Shown: positions 15,001 through 21,517, counted from the first letter of the stretch. The stretch: 64,000 nucleotides of DNA from a bacterium (GCA_043771175.1 JAYVHO010000006.1:9800-73799); one strand, 5' to 3'. Translations and numbers: made by a program. The notes: a model not told the origin generated them from the letters alone.

Positions 15001-18000
15001 TAACTACATTGTTTACAATTGCATTTTTTTGGACTCTCCATTCACGCGATGTACGAGAGTTGGTAGCTGTTGGGATTCCGGTAGCTGGCATATCAGTTAC
15101 AACAATAGTTGCAGCTGGTGCGTTGGTTGATCCAACAAACATAAATTCTTTATCGTCAAGAAGTCCGGTGCTTTCTGCTTCTGTGGTAAGGAAAGAAACA
15201 GCTTCACCTTCTGCTTTTGATTTTGTATTGGTCAAAAGGAGTGCATTGTCTTTTGCAATTGCATGAACGTTATATACATAGTCATCACTTGCGGTTGTTG
15301 CAATATTTGCATCAACTACGTTTGATGTATTTGCGCTGATGTCAATTCCTTCTGAAGCATCAAACACAACTTGATTTCCTGATGAAACGTAATCACGTCC
15401 TCCGGTGCGGTATCCATCAACTGAAAAGTCCATATCAGTAGCGGCTGCAACCGTATCTTGGTTGATCATGGTTCCATTTGCGTAGTGGTTATTAGTAGTA
15501 TCACTATTAAGCACTAATGTTCCGCTTGCAGGTTTAACATGAATTACATAAGTGGTTCCAGCAGTTACCGCAAATCCAGCGTCAAATTGAACAGTAGCCG
15601 TAGTGTTAATTGATGGATTAGTTGGAAGGGTTGCTACTTTGTTTGTTTTTCCAACTCCAGGGTTTCCTGCAGTACATGTTGTAGCAGTTGCTGAAACTGA
15701 TGCATCACATAAATATACAGTTGCAGATGGTGCAGAGTTAGACGTTGATACTGTAAAACTTACTGAATTTACCGTTCCAGAATAATCAGCGGTAAAGGTT
15801 TGTCCAATAGAACCGGTATTTGTAGCTGATGTAGTAGTGTTATTGTATGCGTTACTTGCAAAGTTGGTTCCTTGCTGAGCAAGGGTAATACCATACTTAA
15901 TTGCCAAATATGATTCAATTCGTTCTCGATTTGATTGTGAAAGTTGCTCTTTATACACAATCATTTCTGAAATTGAACCAAGCCAAGTATCATTATTACC
16001 TCCAATATGAAAATTACTGGTGTTCATACTGGTCATATCCCACACGGTAGAAACAGAATTGAATCCGTTGGTTCGCATATTTACCGTTGAATCTGTTCCA
16101 CCATTCCAGTCCCATGACTGAAGCATTCCAGCACCCGGAACCATCATTGGATATCCATAGGTAGGGTTTGGAGTAGAAACATTTGAAAACATTGCAGGAC
16201 GTTCTGCTAATGTTCCAAGTATAAGAGTATCATTTCCAAGCTCTACAGCACTATCCCAACTAGATGTCGATGTGTCGTGTTTTCCAACAACAAAGAGTGA
16301 TCCAGCAGAAGTTGCGGTTGGAAATATTGTATTAGTACGATACAAAAGATCATCTCCGTCAAAATCAAGAGTTGGATGATAATTAACCGCTTCAGAAGTA
16401 GTTGCATCACGATATAGAGGTCTACTTGATAACGTAGGGTGTTGTACTGTATTTTCTAAAATTGAAGCATCTTTCCATGTATATACTGCTGATCCATTGG
16501 TTGTAGGTGTGGTTCCTCCGGCATCGGTATAGGTGTCTTTATCAGCTCTCCACCATCCAACAAGATTAGCATCAGGTACTTCAACAGGGTTATCGTTTGC
16601 AATTCCCCATGTTCGTCCTTCATTAAACACTTCAATTCCATCTGTATTAACAAAAGAAAGCCCTCCGATGGTGTAATACATTGGCGAAACATCTGGTGCA
16701 TCATAGGTGTATGAAATCGTAAGAATATCACCCGCTTGTGCAGCAACATCTTTAACGGTGATTACCTTTCCGTTATTTTCTGTTGAAATTTCTGTTGAAA
16801 GTGTTGTATCGTCAGCACTTACCTCTTCGGTGCCTGAGAAAATATTTTCAATAACATTTTGAATTTGCTCAATTACGGTTGGTGCTTCTACTGTTTCTGG
16901 TGCAACTTCAGGAAAAGTAACTTCACTACTAGCCACAGGAGCTTCTACGGTTGCAGGGGCAACTTCAGTTGAAGAAGTTGTTTCGGTAGTTACAGATGGA
17001 GCTTCAGGTGTAATAACTACGGTTTCTCCAGCTGGGATTTGTTCAATAATTGCAGGAAGGGTAACTTCTGGTGCTGTAGTTTCTGCAGGTGCTACCACTT
17101 CAGGAGTAGATGCACGAGAAATTACTGCAGTAACACCTTCTATGTCAAAATCAGCAGGTGCAAGCTCCTTAATAGAACCCGTAAAGTCTTCTCCAAAACG
17201 TACTGTCACGCTTGCTGGTGACTTACCGATAGGATACAGACGTGTTGCAATGATTCTTTCAATGGTTGCTTTTGCAGATTCTGCAACTACTACGGTTTTG
17301 GTAAGAGTTTTTGCTCCGCTTCCGTTATCAGTGGTAAGGTTAAAAATATAGGTACCTGATTGTCCAAAAATATAGTCATAGGTATAATCTGCAACCGTAT
17401 TGTTTGAGTCAAAGGTTACACATTTACCAGTATCAATAGGAGTAACGGTTTCAGTTGTTCCTGCAGGTGTAGTGATTGAAAGCGAATTAGTTGCTTCGCA
17501 CACTGGTGCTCCTGCATCATCAAGTACACCAATTGATATATTTCCCGTTTCACCTACCGTATAGGTATTTTGATCAAGGTTCATTGAAAGAACTCCCCAG
17601 GTAAAATCTTGTGAAAATGTTTCAACTTCGCCGGTAATAGGATTTAAAATTGATCCAGCAATGGTATAGGTACCAGGTGCTGCATCGCGAAGTGGAAACG
17701 CCATAATTACAGAACCTACTTCAAATGAAATATCTTCTGCTGGAATGGTGATGATTTGAGGTGCAGTAGTTGGTGCAACTGGTGCAGTTTCTCCATCTAC
17801 AGCTTCTGGAGCAACTTCTTTTTGAGTTGCTGTAAGGGTAATAAATTTACCAATGTCATTTGAGTCATTGATAAGGTCATCTGCTATTGCATTTACCTTT
17901 GCGGTATCGGTGCCAATGTCAGAGTAATCAGAAGGGTCAACTTCTGTGTTAGTGTTTAAAATATTTCCAATAGCACCAGAAATTCCAGAATTAGCTTCTG

Positions 18001-18694
18001 GGTTTGGGGTATTGATTTCTTTCTTGGTGGTAGTGATTCCAAGAATGGTTGCAAATGCTTCGGTGTCAGAAAGCTTGTCACCTTCATTTTTACCAACGAA
18101 GTCAAAATCTGCGATTTTTATTTTGATTTGGTTATCAGCAATTACTGATACTGGTTGTGGATTGATTACTGAATCAAGAATTGATACATCAGTGTTTTCT
18201 GGTGTAACTTCTGGCACAACAGGTGTGTCAGTTGGTGGTGTTGTAGGTGTAGTGGTGTCAGCAGGGACATTGGCGGGAATATCCAATGGTGGCGCATTCG
18301 GTTCTGAACCCGTGACCGACTGGTCTGCAGAAGTTTCTGTTACAGGATTAGTGGCAGGAACTACAACTTCTGAAGAAGAAGTATTGTCCGCAGGTGTTGC
18401 GTCAGGAGTGGTTGCAACCGCAGCAGGAGCCTCAGCAGATGGAACAGTCTCTATTGTTTGTGGTGCAGCATTTAATGTTGCATCTTGTCCGTTATCAACT
18501 GAAGAGGTGTCTGCAGATGGAGCAGCAGCTTCTTGTGCGTAAACTTCGACAACGGGTAAAAAAGAAGTAACCAAAAAACTTACCGCAAGTACGGTAGAAA
18601 GTACCTTGGTTAAGGTAGACGCAGAAGTAGTGGTAGTCTTTTTACCACGGATACTTTTGGTACTTGATTGAAAAACTTTAAAGAATGAATTCAT
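1..18694 (-). CDS. Giant secreted cell-surface protein (N-terminal >6,200 aa; 3' end beyond window): signal peptide, T/P/A/E-rich stalk, >=8 tandem modules with LamG/ConA-like lectin jelly-roll signature
   Basis: Hand translation of the minus strand from ATG at 18694..18692 gives MNSFFKVFQSSTKSIRGKKTTTTSASTLTKVLSTVLAVSFLVTSFLPVVEVYAQEAAAP... (N-terminal TM/signal, AQE cleavage-like site). An in-frame TAA lies 9 codons upstream of this ATG. Spot-checks of the frame (lines at 1, 5101, 9001, 12601) show no tta/cta/tca triplets in the codon phase. Recurrent module signature: ...TFAQKTPAAPGGVSTGL(K/R)AWYKAD.GVYSD... W.DQSGNGN... L.FDG.DD.L ... G.IAE.I.Y...LS..E..KIESYLA.KYG.TL, at least 8 times. 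The ORF track omits it because no stop codon falls in the window. Confidence 0.85.
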   Translation of the reverse strand, partial: MNSFFKVFQSSTKSIRGKKTTTTSASTLTKVLSTVLAVSFLVTSFLPVVEVYAQEAAAPSADTSSVDNGQDATLNAAPQTIETVPSAEAPAAVATTPDATPADNTSSSEVVVPATNPVTETSADQSVTGSEPNAPPLDIPANVPADTTTPTTPPTDTPVVPEVTPENTDVSILDSVINPQPVSVIADNQIKIKIADFDFVGKNEGDKLSDTEAFATILGITTTKKEINTPNPEANSGISGAIGNILNTNTEVDPSDYSDIGTDTAKVNAIADDLINDSNDIGKFITLTATQKEVAPEAVDGETAPVAPTTAPQIITIPAEDISFEVGSVIMAFPLRDAAPGTYTIAGSILNPITGEVETFSQDFTWGVLSMNLDQNTYTVGETGNISIGVLDDAGAPVCEATNSLSITTPAGTTETVTPIDTGKCVTFDSNNTVADYTYDYIFGQSGTYIFNLTTDNGSGAKTLTKTVVVAESAKATIERIIATRLYPIGKSPASVTVRFGEDFTGSIKELAPADFDIEGVTAVISRASTPEVVAPAETTAPEVTLPAIIEQIPAGETVVITPEAPSVTTETTSSTEVAPATVEAPVASSEVTFPEVAPETVEAPTVIEQIQNVIENIFSGTEEVSADDTTLSTEISTENNGKVITVKDVAAQAGDILTISYTYDAPDVSPMYYTIGGLSFVNTDGIEVFNEGRTWGIANDNPVEVPDANLVGWWRADKDTYTDAGGTTPTTNGSAVYTWKDASILENTVQHPTLSSRPLYRDATTSEAVNYHPTLDFDGDDLLYRTNTIFPTATSAGSLFVVGKHDTSTSSWDSAVELGNDTLILGTLAERPAMFSNVSTPNPTYGYPMMVPGAGMLQSWDWNGGTDSTVNMRTNGFNSVSTVWDMTSMNTSNFHIGGNNDTWLGSISEMIVYKEQLSQSNRERIESYLAIKYGITLAQQGTNFASNAYNNTTTSATNTGSIGQTFTADYSGTVNSVSFTVSTSNSAPSATVYLCDASVSATATTCTAGNPGVGKTNKVATLPTNPSINTTATVQFDAGFAVTAGTTYVIHVKPASGTLVLNSDTTNNHYANGTMINQDTVAAATDMDFSVDGYRTGGRDYVSSGNQVVFDASEGIDISANTSNVVDANIATTASDDYVYNVHAIAKDNALLLTNTKSKAEGEAVSFLTTEAESTGLLDDKEFMFVGSTNAPAATIVVTDMPATGIPTATNSRTSREWRVQKNAIVNNVVTVDPAMGTFKLTFDLDAMNISPANVSGFRLVVDDNGNFASGTQTVYPTSGEPTYNSTDNSVSFTGVSLVDGQYFTMVLPRTAPGGVTSGLRAWYKADAGTFTTTANTTVATDGASMASWKDQSGNGFNLTTQQANPEFRSATNTLAINYNPVVDFEDAENDILTTTATNLLPTGTTLSNWETYNVASQETQGTVSHSGLWGGQGTNFILSLSNTTLYHDSGTTVSVPHTTLGTVLGQPYLYNTADYSTGSFIGQQIQQNGKTVAQNASYSPITPSTAAMNFGSYTTSEQNFDGAVGEMVFYNSQHTAAEINKINSYLAFKYGITQVGGELQLTNNQDALVSTSVGQVFTAKTNAAITNVSFMTRSATANSSNLNLYICTGAIVSNPNATNVAACIASPAYSQAVGTVTYGAGLSGLLSVVPVSTKFTISITTPYTVAAGTSYALVLGDTTAAGKTVALRSNSTDIYPGTGNTAFNAAGSLSPNDLYFEYTTNSPTYFASNGSTMMWNKDLSGASTHNLGIAGVGRDDVSGLLKYKTTSQSVTGSPIIEVVNQNSTTVADMEFLSVGGDSAAVGVQNSELPAAGLPVYTNGRIVREWQVQKIGDVGTVNVSLDLAAHNAGATDMSQVRLLIDADANFAAGATISPITPTVSGTVITFSGVAFANGDYFTIALPNNAQAPGGVASGLKLWLRADKDVYTDTLGTTAATAGTDVALIKDQSGNGNNFSDGLSGGIPRLIVDANANYQQTLQFCGVNASTNFVFGNNTCAAESDNLYDANGILGTGTTYTNSSKYFFYMSDEQGTNDWLLSENTTLSADGFATIALQTGPNYYSRLGDATTNEVIVSAANIGMSDHTYYLTSEVGSTTNDGDGTIGQRVKKDGRVFTNSLDATQVSFAGTGTQMVLGATASNTSSMTGRIGEVITYAQGSIQTAAETQRIESYMALKYGKTLSNVDTLSSIDEGKYILSDGTTTVWDGSLTGGIAGADAAFHYNVAGLVRDDISALDQRIARSINNDNTMSIALDNNFTAANSDTVARPTQLATNKQAIMWGHNGGTQYFDTAVTTTNTNTRMNRVWKVKMTGLASRAVNIQFSNPSVMRLKNGQQYVILESATANMASPTELATATAVASGTTSLVTFAGVTLTTAKFYSLATKMIAPGGVTSKVINGVRSQIYIDNTWSDSFVSPTNWYANDALALENVGTGTSFAAPIMTSYADHIQGTNLGSVANGQWDDNYAEEFNGYIVIPTTGTGYTFTLDAGSATGNVDDAAQLWVDINADGLLDDTERIINIGSVSTATSASLTLTTPSAGLMRFRLRHKENATTDSIGISWTKTGTGAFARTALDSDDFRVEAPLAMWFKADAGAYDDYWTTKADPAVDNDKVNTWENSALVPNNDLVDAVTFVDGTGANYNSATGASGINFNPSLNVTSASLGIFTNARNTNATNGNQDANDYFGWTNGLAYMGGANTSFVVGMDPTVTASSEMFYSYGYDNGAGATNTSTTTFGRELTSGQLEIGQSSSNTANSYTGVIQSNVPFMFTGTTAAVTNPVGAVDSTVQTTYGYGLQRGTGTNTQRLHLGVSTRLYEVGDYADFGGHNFNGNISEIIHYPAQLSGTERYKVESYLAMKYGTTLLPFDRANGIETVVEGDYLSSTGAVVWDGNDTSVAATSFTGGHTKALNTENTQMSDVRFNTVTTAGCPSLGSCMYTSGTTTSGKVYQYTLSTPYVVSTAVYASKQFTVNAEVATPTALAFSNDGTKMYVAGAVGVVYQYTLTTAFDVSTAQTYAASGSKSLTIPSTTSVGMTFNNDGTKIFVLQGGNDFVYQFNLATAYDISTGVNSGITFDASNQDSNTNGLAFDATGTRMYIVGYTNDFVHQYVLTTAFDISTAIQVARFAVGTQDGQMAGIAFNPSGSIMVLVGNLSTTAVYDYDIPLVSIGVNALYSNEVTAIAQDNASGLLQLKSKSQMKNGMITIGTPSSLGDGDFLIVGNNGQDASTFISTGAYDGLGTATGYQRLNRSWKTQVTSTPGTVKIEVDTNDTDLDLPNITGPDGKLYLLGDITATGNGFADETPVVMYDDGTNGDTSANDNVWTAQTVTLVNTEVFTFGQKTPAAPGGVSTGLNLWVNAGSKVYSDTGSTLTTNGQSVRQWNDLSGNSNNMSQSTVGQRPIFAGSTSANAINFQPSLTFDAVDDNLQLAGSTSILSNVTNGRIFSMVTKPNLTGTWTSLFEQGAGNTNDPMFGIYDTDPVWYDNSASNRTSSIPMPAANTPFMLGFKWNTPGVGVGVTASVNGISETLAGFNNTFGAGPTKIGSENTETWDGNIAEIMSYNVEPSVTEVKKIRSYMAFKYGTTWLQPGDAQILNNVNMTIAADQGQQITAPSTGYINEITLKTGITTANGATGTLSICAGAVLASACAAAPAYSQSVTNIPTAVSTVFTIPLNTAFPITAASLYTFVLSTTSGTNINLIAQNTNAYAGGTATFASSVFAGDLFFTYSMTSPDYLASNGTTKMWDTTVAGTYNQDIAGFGKDTGSDLLTTKSKQQSINGIVTIAANVPADLADLEFVSISNKNSGFTTGWTTTAAPSGYQRIGTSAGQREWFYQENGDGVTTLNLSVDTTDTDSNISEVNGTDGKLYFLYDQNNDNDLLDATDLAPMYDDGTNGDTTNGDGIYNIQINLATATEFTFAQITPAAPGGVSGNLRAWYAADQDVTTVSDNDSNSLLDVNYWKDQSGNQIDMGMSTVSAYPDLYTGASAGAYNYNPTLLFDGSNDRLQDMDGDGPIGLISNAESFGADNLDTYTYIVSQTNSTVSSTLFHQGLSGGKKYQADSIVSGREYLFSGNATCSNAASSGCMYVNYYDSGNVLQRPYISTYGTQTTNATGKFIRKNGKVMISNSTDEIGKNVNDTTAISGTSDDFEIGAAEGTQYFQGRIAEMVFYVGNNSGQTDLEQTKIQSYLALKYGMTLSNVDPSGNGAAGSNDNDLFAGGFGEGDYILSDGTTSVWNGHTDGDDTGDSVGAEQATIVGGVAVSYHNDVAGIGRDDAGGLNRKIAHGVNDDDIVTMALDNHFFIANNDPTRTQMNANKTWLVWGNDNGSRFFDTPITHGSVNLRIGRTWKTKTTGTITTNPYVRIGGSSARAIDLIPGQTYTLLTDADGVFDSGSTAIATAIPQFKTAADVSTLYLDFGQVNFSTNAYFTVATYQSAPGGVVADYMPGLRVEAYNEFPSGNTSATDNENSIGKDSPYSVPHMMWYTSDFANIDDASISNIGLSNEEGSMEVYGQMNMTDTTQKVFNYTGTTNDMFSLWIDDQPIITGVATANSEGVYTPTSTGWKNVRVKWSNRGGTGDFNLTWKNNASTCSGSCINIPNNLLRVYAPQTAWYKAGTKMFTDTTGAAATTTDGTHIIRWDSVSPIINAAGRTDGGNTYENDSVNLVNGNPIINNNSDKFLVGTNVSSSLESTRTIYTWGLPMMNAARTLYSAVTAATPTATQFLFTYGDDVTPTARYPYGTENAAGEIRVRDHQINNMEVTPGTIEQQSANTPFTMGASYSGGDSAATTTNTNSIWGNGKRTAYLTTNISMQTNDQLELRINGSNYDTADWTGRVGEHILYPWELTSVQRQKVDTYLSLKYGTTYIGGEDQLSLNATNTASTNVGQVITASVTGGINNITLQTGATANAAGGTLHICTGAVAMATCIASPISATHYSQVLTTIPTALNTNFTIPLTTPYEVIAGTQYTFLITAPTNVFLRIQSSDVYLGGNQAGFGTQDLYFDVDIKPDLVNGSGTTIWSYDTYHNYVTGIMKDNASALEQLSSLSTANTSTLGNGGIVRISKATLANNDALIIGDNNGSATTWTSSATIPSGYMRPGTASSVIEWRAREIGTAANNYTIAVNLENTQGTGSRNLPDVTALNNTLYTIFDSNEDGLLTDEVLGTGILAMNDDGINGDTTANDRIYSLSNVALDDTNKFTFAQNTLPTPGAVSTGIMAWYKANKGVYSDVNGTTPAVDGNSMNRWNDMSGNDKWMQMYSTAPTYRTTTAANPSTTTNTAINFNPVMYASGDGYAMQVPGARGGVLGTNTYNDVYAYVVVNNLDLSGNEDIYNHANTGTALNFRLGVSNTTTRLTNSAGTTLDSTNANAGTNTLTPYIWKTQVKTTGGNRMSIARNGAELTSSASGSAVTGNNGVSYLGVSNGWYNGGIAEAIYYGADQSSGTSQQKIESYLAIKYGITLNKGIDQNLQNDSNGGSGQTVGWGQTFTASATGQIGSITLQTNSSGTQNSGPGTLYLCNGASATSGTCIASPVYTQAFTAPTTASTVYTVQLTTPFNVTSGSAYTMVFGQTTGSFYNRFQSTSTYSGGTLLTSVGTQPTQDIYFAANYLANDYVLSNGTSKVYTALNNAYSQSITAIARDDAADLSQLKSRSVNATAIWTLGNGNNLSTPSTFSADLSGASIASNGADARVWTTTGAPTGKQVITRNWKFEKTGTVGTVTLAINTENTNSSNISDIPTISSANGILYLVVDDEAAATANFTDETGGTVIPMFDDGTNGDQTAGDKVYTINNLTLASGQYFTVAQNIPPAPGGYSTGMKAWYKADTGVYSDTGATVPAVQGTNQAVRWLDLSGNNKTLVAANIPDYQNATSSQAINFNAAVDFVGGNNEYMDVPASIGGILNADTYNDLHLYMVSAADSSGENNEMLNQTGMNGSGYFGIRGISQGGANHYIYGTSAQSVNFGNAGTTFPSTHMWHMYNKTTGPDEVSLLRDNKVMITYPVASPMTSTNAYTRLGGGQFAYSDQKMGEIIVYAGDNTSGDINQRIESYLALKYGLVMDQTVPTDYIASDSTTKMWSSDSLVTEATYVNDIFGIGRDDASGLSQVKSKSRSQADTGIITLSTTSGTIPTDKSFMTMADNGGSASFVTGQAPTGYQILGKRWQVQQPSSDIGNVTLQIDVNDSQFNIANASNFSLMIDTDNNGTYFNESVSNGGVYPLYDDGTNGDVTANDSVWTIQNVDFQTLTNAQE

Positions 18695-19090
18695 AATAAT
18701 GTTGTTTTATAAAGTGATTTATAAATAGTTTAATAAATAATTACATCTACAACGATGTGCATATATTGTAACATTTTGAATACAATCTATTCATATAAAA
18801 TTCATAAATCACCATGTTGATAAGTGATATTTTTCAAATGATTTGCATTTTAAATTTTCTCTTTTATTACTCATTTGCATAAAATTTTTTAACAACATCT
18901 TGTCCGTTAGAAATAATTTATTTATCAGATTAACCGCTCTAACTAATTCTTTTTTGAAAAGCTTCATCCTAATTAGTTTTTGTTATCACCATGTTTTTGA
19001 ATACAAATTAATCACAATATACCAAGCTGGAACAAAACACTTTTATAGACAGTGCATAGGCGAGATTCATAAAAAATGCAGCTGACAAGC
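18695..19090 (-). promoter_or_regulatory. AT-rich upstream region of giant gene (probable promoter/5' leader)
   Basis: ~400 bp of very AT-rich non-coding sequence immediately 5' of the giant ORF start. No convincing ORF; the 18843..19085 '+' ORF is low-complexity AT-rich. Confidence 0.35.
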
Positions 19091-19191
19091 TAAGCATTTT
19101 TTATACTAATCGAGTCCGAGCCTAGGGCGGTAGACCCGCTGTCCATGAAAGTGTTTTGAGAAAGCGCAGGCTTAATTACGCATCAACATTT

Positions 19192-19219
19192 AAAAACACC
19201 ACATTGCTGTGGTGTTTTT
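19192..19219. terminator. Bidirectional rho-independent terminator hairpin
   Basis: AAAAACACCACA-ttgc-TGTGGTGTTTTT: perfect 12-bp stem flanked by an A-run and a T-run, just downstream of the 19267 minus-strand gene. Confidence 0.7.
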
Positions 19220-19266
19220 AAAAATCTGGATCCAGTTATATAACAGGATGACAGTCAATTATAATT

Positions 19267-19902
19267 TTATTTAAATACAAATACTGGTGTAAATTTCAAT
19301 GTATCTTTTGCGTCAGGCATTGCAAGTGAAGTTTTTGGATCAATATTTATCTCTCCAGAAACTTTAATGTTGTTTTCATTAACTTTTTCTACATACATTC
19401 CAGATGCCAATGAAACAGTTTTTCCTCCGGCATTAATGGTGTAAGAAATTGTAAATGCATCGTCAACAGTGTTTGGTAAAACCAAACTTGCTTTGAAATT
19501 TCCCTTAGAATCGCCGCTCAAGAATTTTTGAATGATTGATTTTACTGGAGTTCCCGTTGAGGTTAAATCATTGAGATTAAAATTAACATCAAATCCTTCG
19601 ATTCTTCCGGTAGCTAAAACTGAAAGATCACCATTCCCCATTGATATGGTTCCTGACTCTGTTCCGTATGACCAATCAATCTTTGAAGCAGATTTATCTA
19701 AACTAAGATTTCCTGATTTAAAGTTGTTACGTGGTGATGTTACCACCTCTTTTAATTCTTTCGATGATTCAATTTGCTCTTGAAGAGTTTGTGGCGTTAA
19801 TCCACCTTGCTTTTTAGTTACGATAAGAACGATAACAATGGCAAGGATAATAACTCCCAGAACAATTGCAATAATTTTTTTGTGTTGCTTTATTTTTTCC
19901 AT
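19267..19902 (-). CDS. Membrane-anchored hypothetical protein (N-terminal TM, extracytoplasmic beta-rich domain)
   Basis: ORF 19267..19992; likely true start MEKIKQHKKIIAIVLGVIILAIVIVLIV... at 19902, which avoids overlap with the upstream gene. Single N-terminal TM. Confidence 0.55.
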   Translation of the reverse strand: MEKIKQHKKIIAIVLGVIILAIVIVLIVTKKQGGLTPQTLQEQIESSKELKEVVTSPRNNFKSGNLSLDKSASKIDWSYGTESGTISMGNGDLSVLATGRIEGFDVNFNLNDLTSTGTPVKSIIQKFLSGDSKGNFKASLVLPNTVDDAFTISYTINAGGKTVSLASGMYVEKVNENNIKVSGEINIDPKTSLAMPDAKDTLKFTPVFVFK

Positions 19903-19909
19903 AAAAATA

Positions 19910-20581
19910 TTATACATTAGTTTTATAAATTTGTGCAAATGTTTTACCTTCACCAAAAATATTATATACCAAAGCTCCAACAATTCCCCCAATAACTGGT
20001 ACTAACATGTACACAATATTACTGTACAGACCTACTGCTAATGCAAAGTTTGGATTAATAAACCCAAGTGAACCAAACAGCGCAGAAACAATCATTGCAC
20101 CGTAGATGGTAAAAATAAATGGAATCATAGCATTGGTATCACTATTTTTTGTGTGTGCCAAATAGCTAGAAATTCCAAGCACCAAAATGAATCCTCCGAT
20201 AAATTCTGCAAGCCCTGATTCAAATGATAATTTTGCAAATCCAGTTATACCCTTAAGGCGTTCTGCGATTTTATCAATAATCAACCATGAGGTAAATCCC
20301 GCAAGTGCTGCTGCGGCAAATTCAATTGCTAAAAGTGCAGCACCAAGTCCAAGGCTTACTTTTTTAACAGCAATATTTGCAATGTTAATTACTGGGTGGC
20401 CAAAAGAAACAACATATTTTTTAAAGGCAAAATATAAAATTCCAAAGATAGTTGCTGATATGACATGAACAAATACCGAAGGAGCTCTAAATAATGCAAT
20501 AATGGTAATCAATGAAACAAGATATGCCATTAAAAACTCAACCGCATATTCTCTCCATGTTACTGATTTAACTGAAATCAT
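19910..20581 (-). CDS. MIP-family (aquaporin/glycerol facilitator-like) channel, first NPA box degenerate
   Basis: 223 aa, 6 predicted TM segments. ...SFGHPVINIANIAV... (resembles the AqpZ SGGHFNPAVTIG box but reads NIA). Second box INPNFALAVGL (NPA-like NPN) and C-terminal VPVIGGIVGALVYNIF resemble the AqpZ VPIVGGIIGGLIY tail. Confidence 0.55.
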   Translation of the reverse strand: MISVKSVTWREYAVEFLMAYLVSLITIIALFRAPSVFVHVISATIFGILYFAFKKYVVSFGHPVINIANIAVKKVSLGLGAALLAIEFAAAALAGFTSWLIIDKIAERLKGITGFAKLSFESGLAEFIGGFILVLGISSYLAHTKNSDTNAMIPFIFTIYGAMIVSALFGSLGFINPNFALAVGLYSNIVYMLVPVIGGIVGALVYNIFGEGKTFAQIYKTNV

Positions 20582-20705
20582 AATAATTTAATAATCTAAG
20601 ATTCACGAATTACTTGTAATACTGAAAGTATATCACCTATTTATTTTCACCTGCAAGATTTATGGGCAAATCTAGTAATTTCCCACACTACGGTGTTATA
20701 CTATT

Positions 20706-21470
20706 TTGTATATGAATAAAACAAAAAGCATTCTTACCACATTATTAAGTTTTATTAAGCGCATAAAAATTACCAAAAGTGTTGGAATTGCTATTGCAGC
20801 AACGGTTGTTTTATGTGCCATTATTATATGTATTATTGATTTTATTTCACCAAAAAACATTGTTGGAATTCAACAAAAAAAACACATTTATTTACTTGAC
20901 CCGTCAGCAAAATCACTTATGGAAAATGATTATGACCCAGCCACCTTTGTTCCACAGATTTTCACAGCACCTTCAAATCAAGCGGGAAAGACCGTAACGG
21001 TTAATTATTGGACTTCAGGTACTGATGAAAAGCTTGATAGTGCAATTATGGATAGTGTAGGCAACTATGCAAAATCACTTACAACCATTTCAGAAGATAC
21101 CGTATTTACCTCAGAAGTAAGAGCCTTTAAAGAATTAATCTTCCTTACCTTAACTTCACAAAATACTGCAATAGTTAAAACGCTTATTTTTGATGAAAAA
21201 GGTGAAGTAAATCCAGAAAAACTCCTCAGACCTGGATTTGAAGGAGTAGTAATTGATACCGTAAAAGGAAAGCTTTCAGCTGACTTTGGTGTTGACCTTA
21301 CAGTTGGTGATAAGCTTGCCAAAGATGCATTACGCGATAAAACATACCGAATTGCATCAAATGGGCTTATAGTTATTATGCCAACAGCACTTTTACCAGA
21401 AACATTACGAAATACTCCTTACTATGAAGTATTAGTACCAAACTCAATAATTTACGACTATCTCAACTAA
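20706..21470 (+). CDS. Membrane-anchored hypothetical protein
   Basis: 254 aa ORF, N-terminal TM (VGIAIAATVVLCAIIICIIDFI), rest predicted extracytoplasmic. No recognisable family. Confidence 0.5.
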   Translation: MYMNKTKSILTTLLSFIKRIKITKSVGIAIAATVVLCAIIICIIDFISPKNIVGIQQKKHIYLLDPSAKSLMENDYDPATFVPQIFTAPSNQAGKTVTVNYWTSGTDEKLDSAIMDSVGNYAKSLTTISEDTVFTSEVRAFKELIFLTLTSQNTAIVKTLIFDEKGEVNPEKLLRPGFEGVVIDTVKGKLSADFGVDLTVGDKLAKDALRDKTYRIASNGLIVIMPTALLPETLRNTPYYEVLVPNSIIYDYLN

Positions 21471-21488
21471 TTTATTTATCTGTCCATT

Positions 21489-21517
21489 AAAAACACCTTT
21501 TATACAAAGGTGTTTTT
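21489..21517. terminator. Rho-independent terminator (for 20706..21470)
   Basis: AAAAACACCTTT-tataca-AAGGTGTTTTT hairpin with flanking A and T runs. Confidence 0.7.

Noticed and set aside
832-18542. Numerous 60-200-aa '+' strand ORFs listed in the track (e.g. 1158..1349, 2904..3179, 4761..5108, 8595..8981, 14574..14843, 17946..18542)
   Set aside because: They are antisense-frame artefacts of the giant minus-strand gene. Their recurring peptides (ALYHA.IPVE..PG..G) are the reverse reading of the repeated PAAPGGVSTGL.AWYKAD linker, and the real coding frame is the opposite strand.
1-18694. Diversity-generating retroelement targeting the giant lectin-fold protein
   Set aside because: No reverse-transcriptase gene (no YADD-containing ORF) and no near-identical template/variable repeat pair with adenine-specific differences were seen in the window.
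18843-19085. 80-aa '+' ORF upstream of the giant gene
   Set aside because: Extremely AT-rich, low-complexity, hydrophobic nonsense-like sequence in the promoter/leader region of the giant gene. No start-site context or conservation cues.
19100-19190. GC-rich segment (gagtccgagcctagggcggtagacccgctgtcc...) between the giant-gene leader and the 19267 gene, considered as a small RNA
   Set aside because: Only short imperfect stems could be drawn and there was no recognisable match to common small RNAs (SRP, 6S, tmRNA, RNase P). Insufficient evidence.
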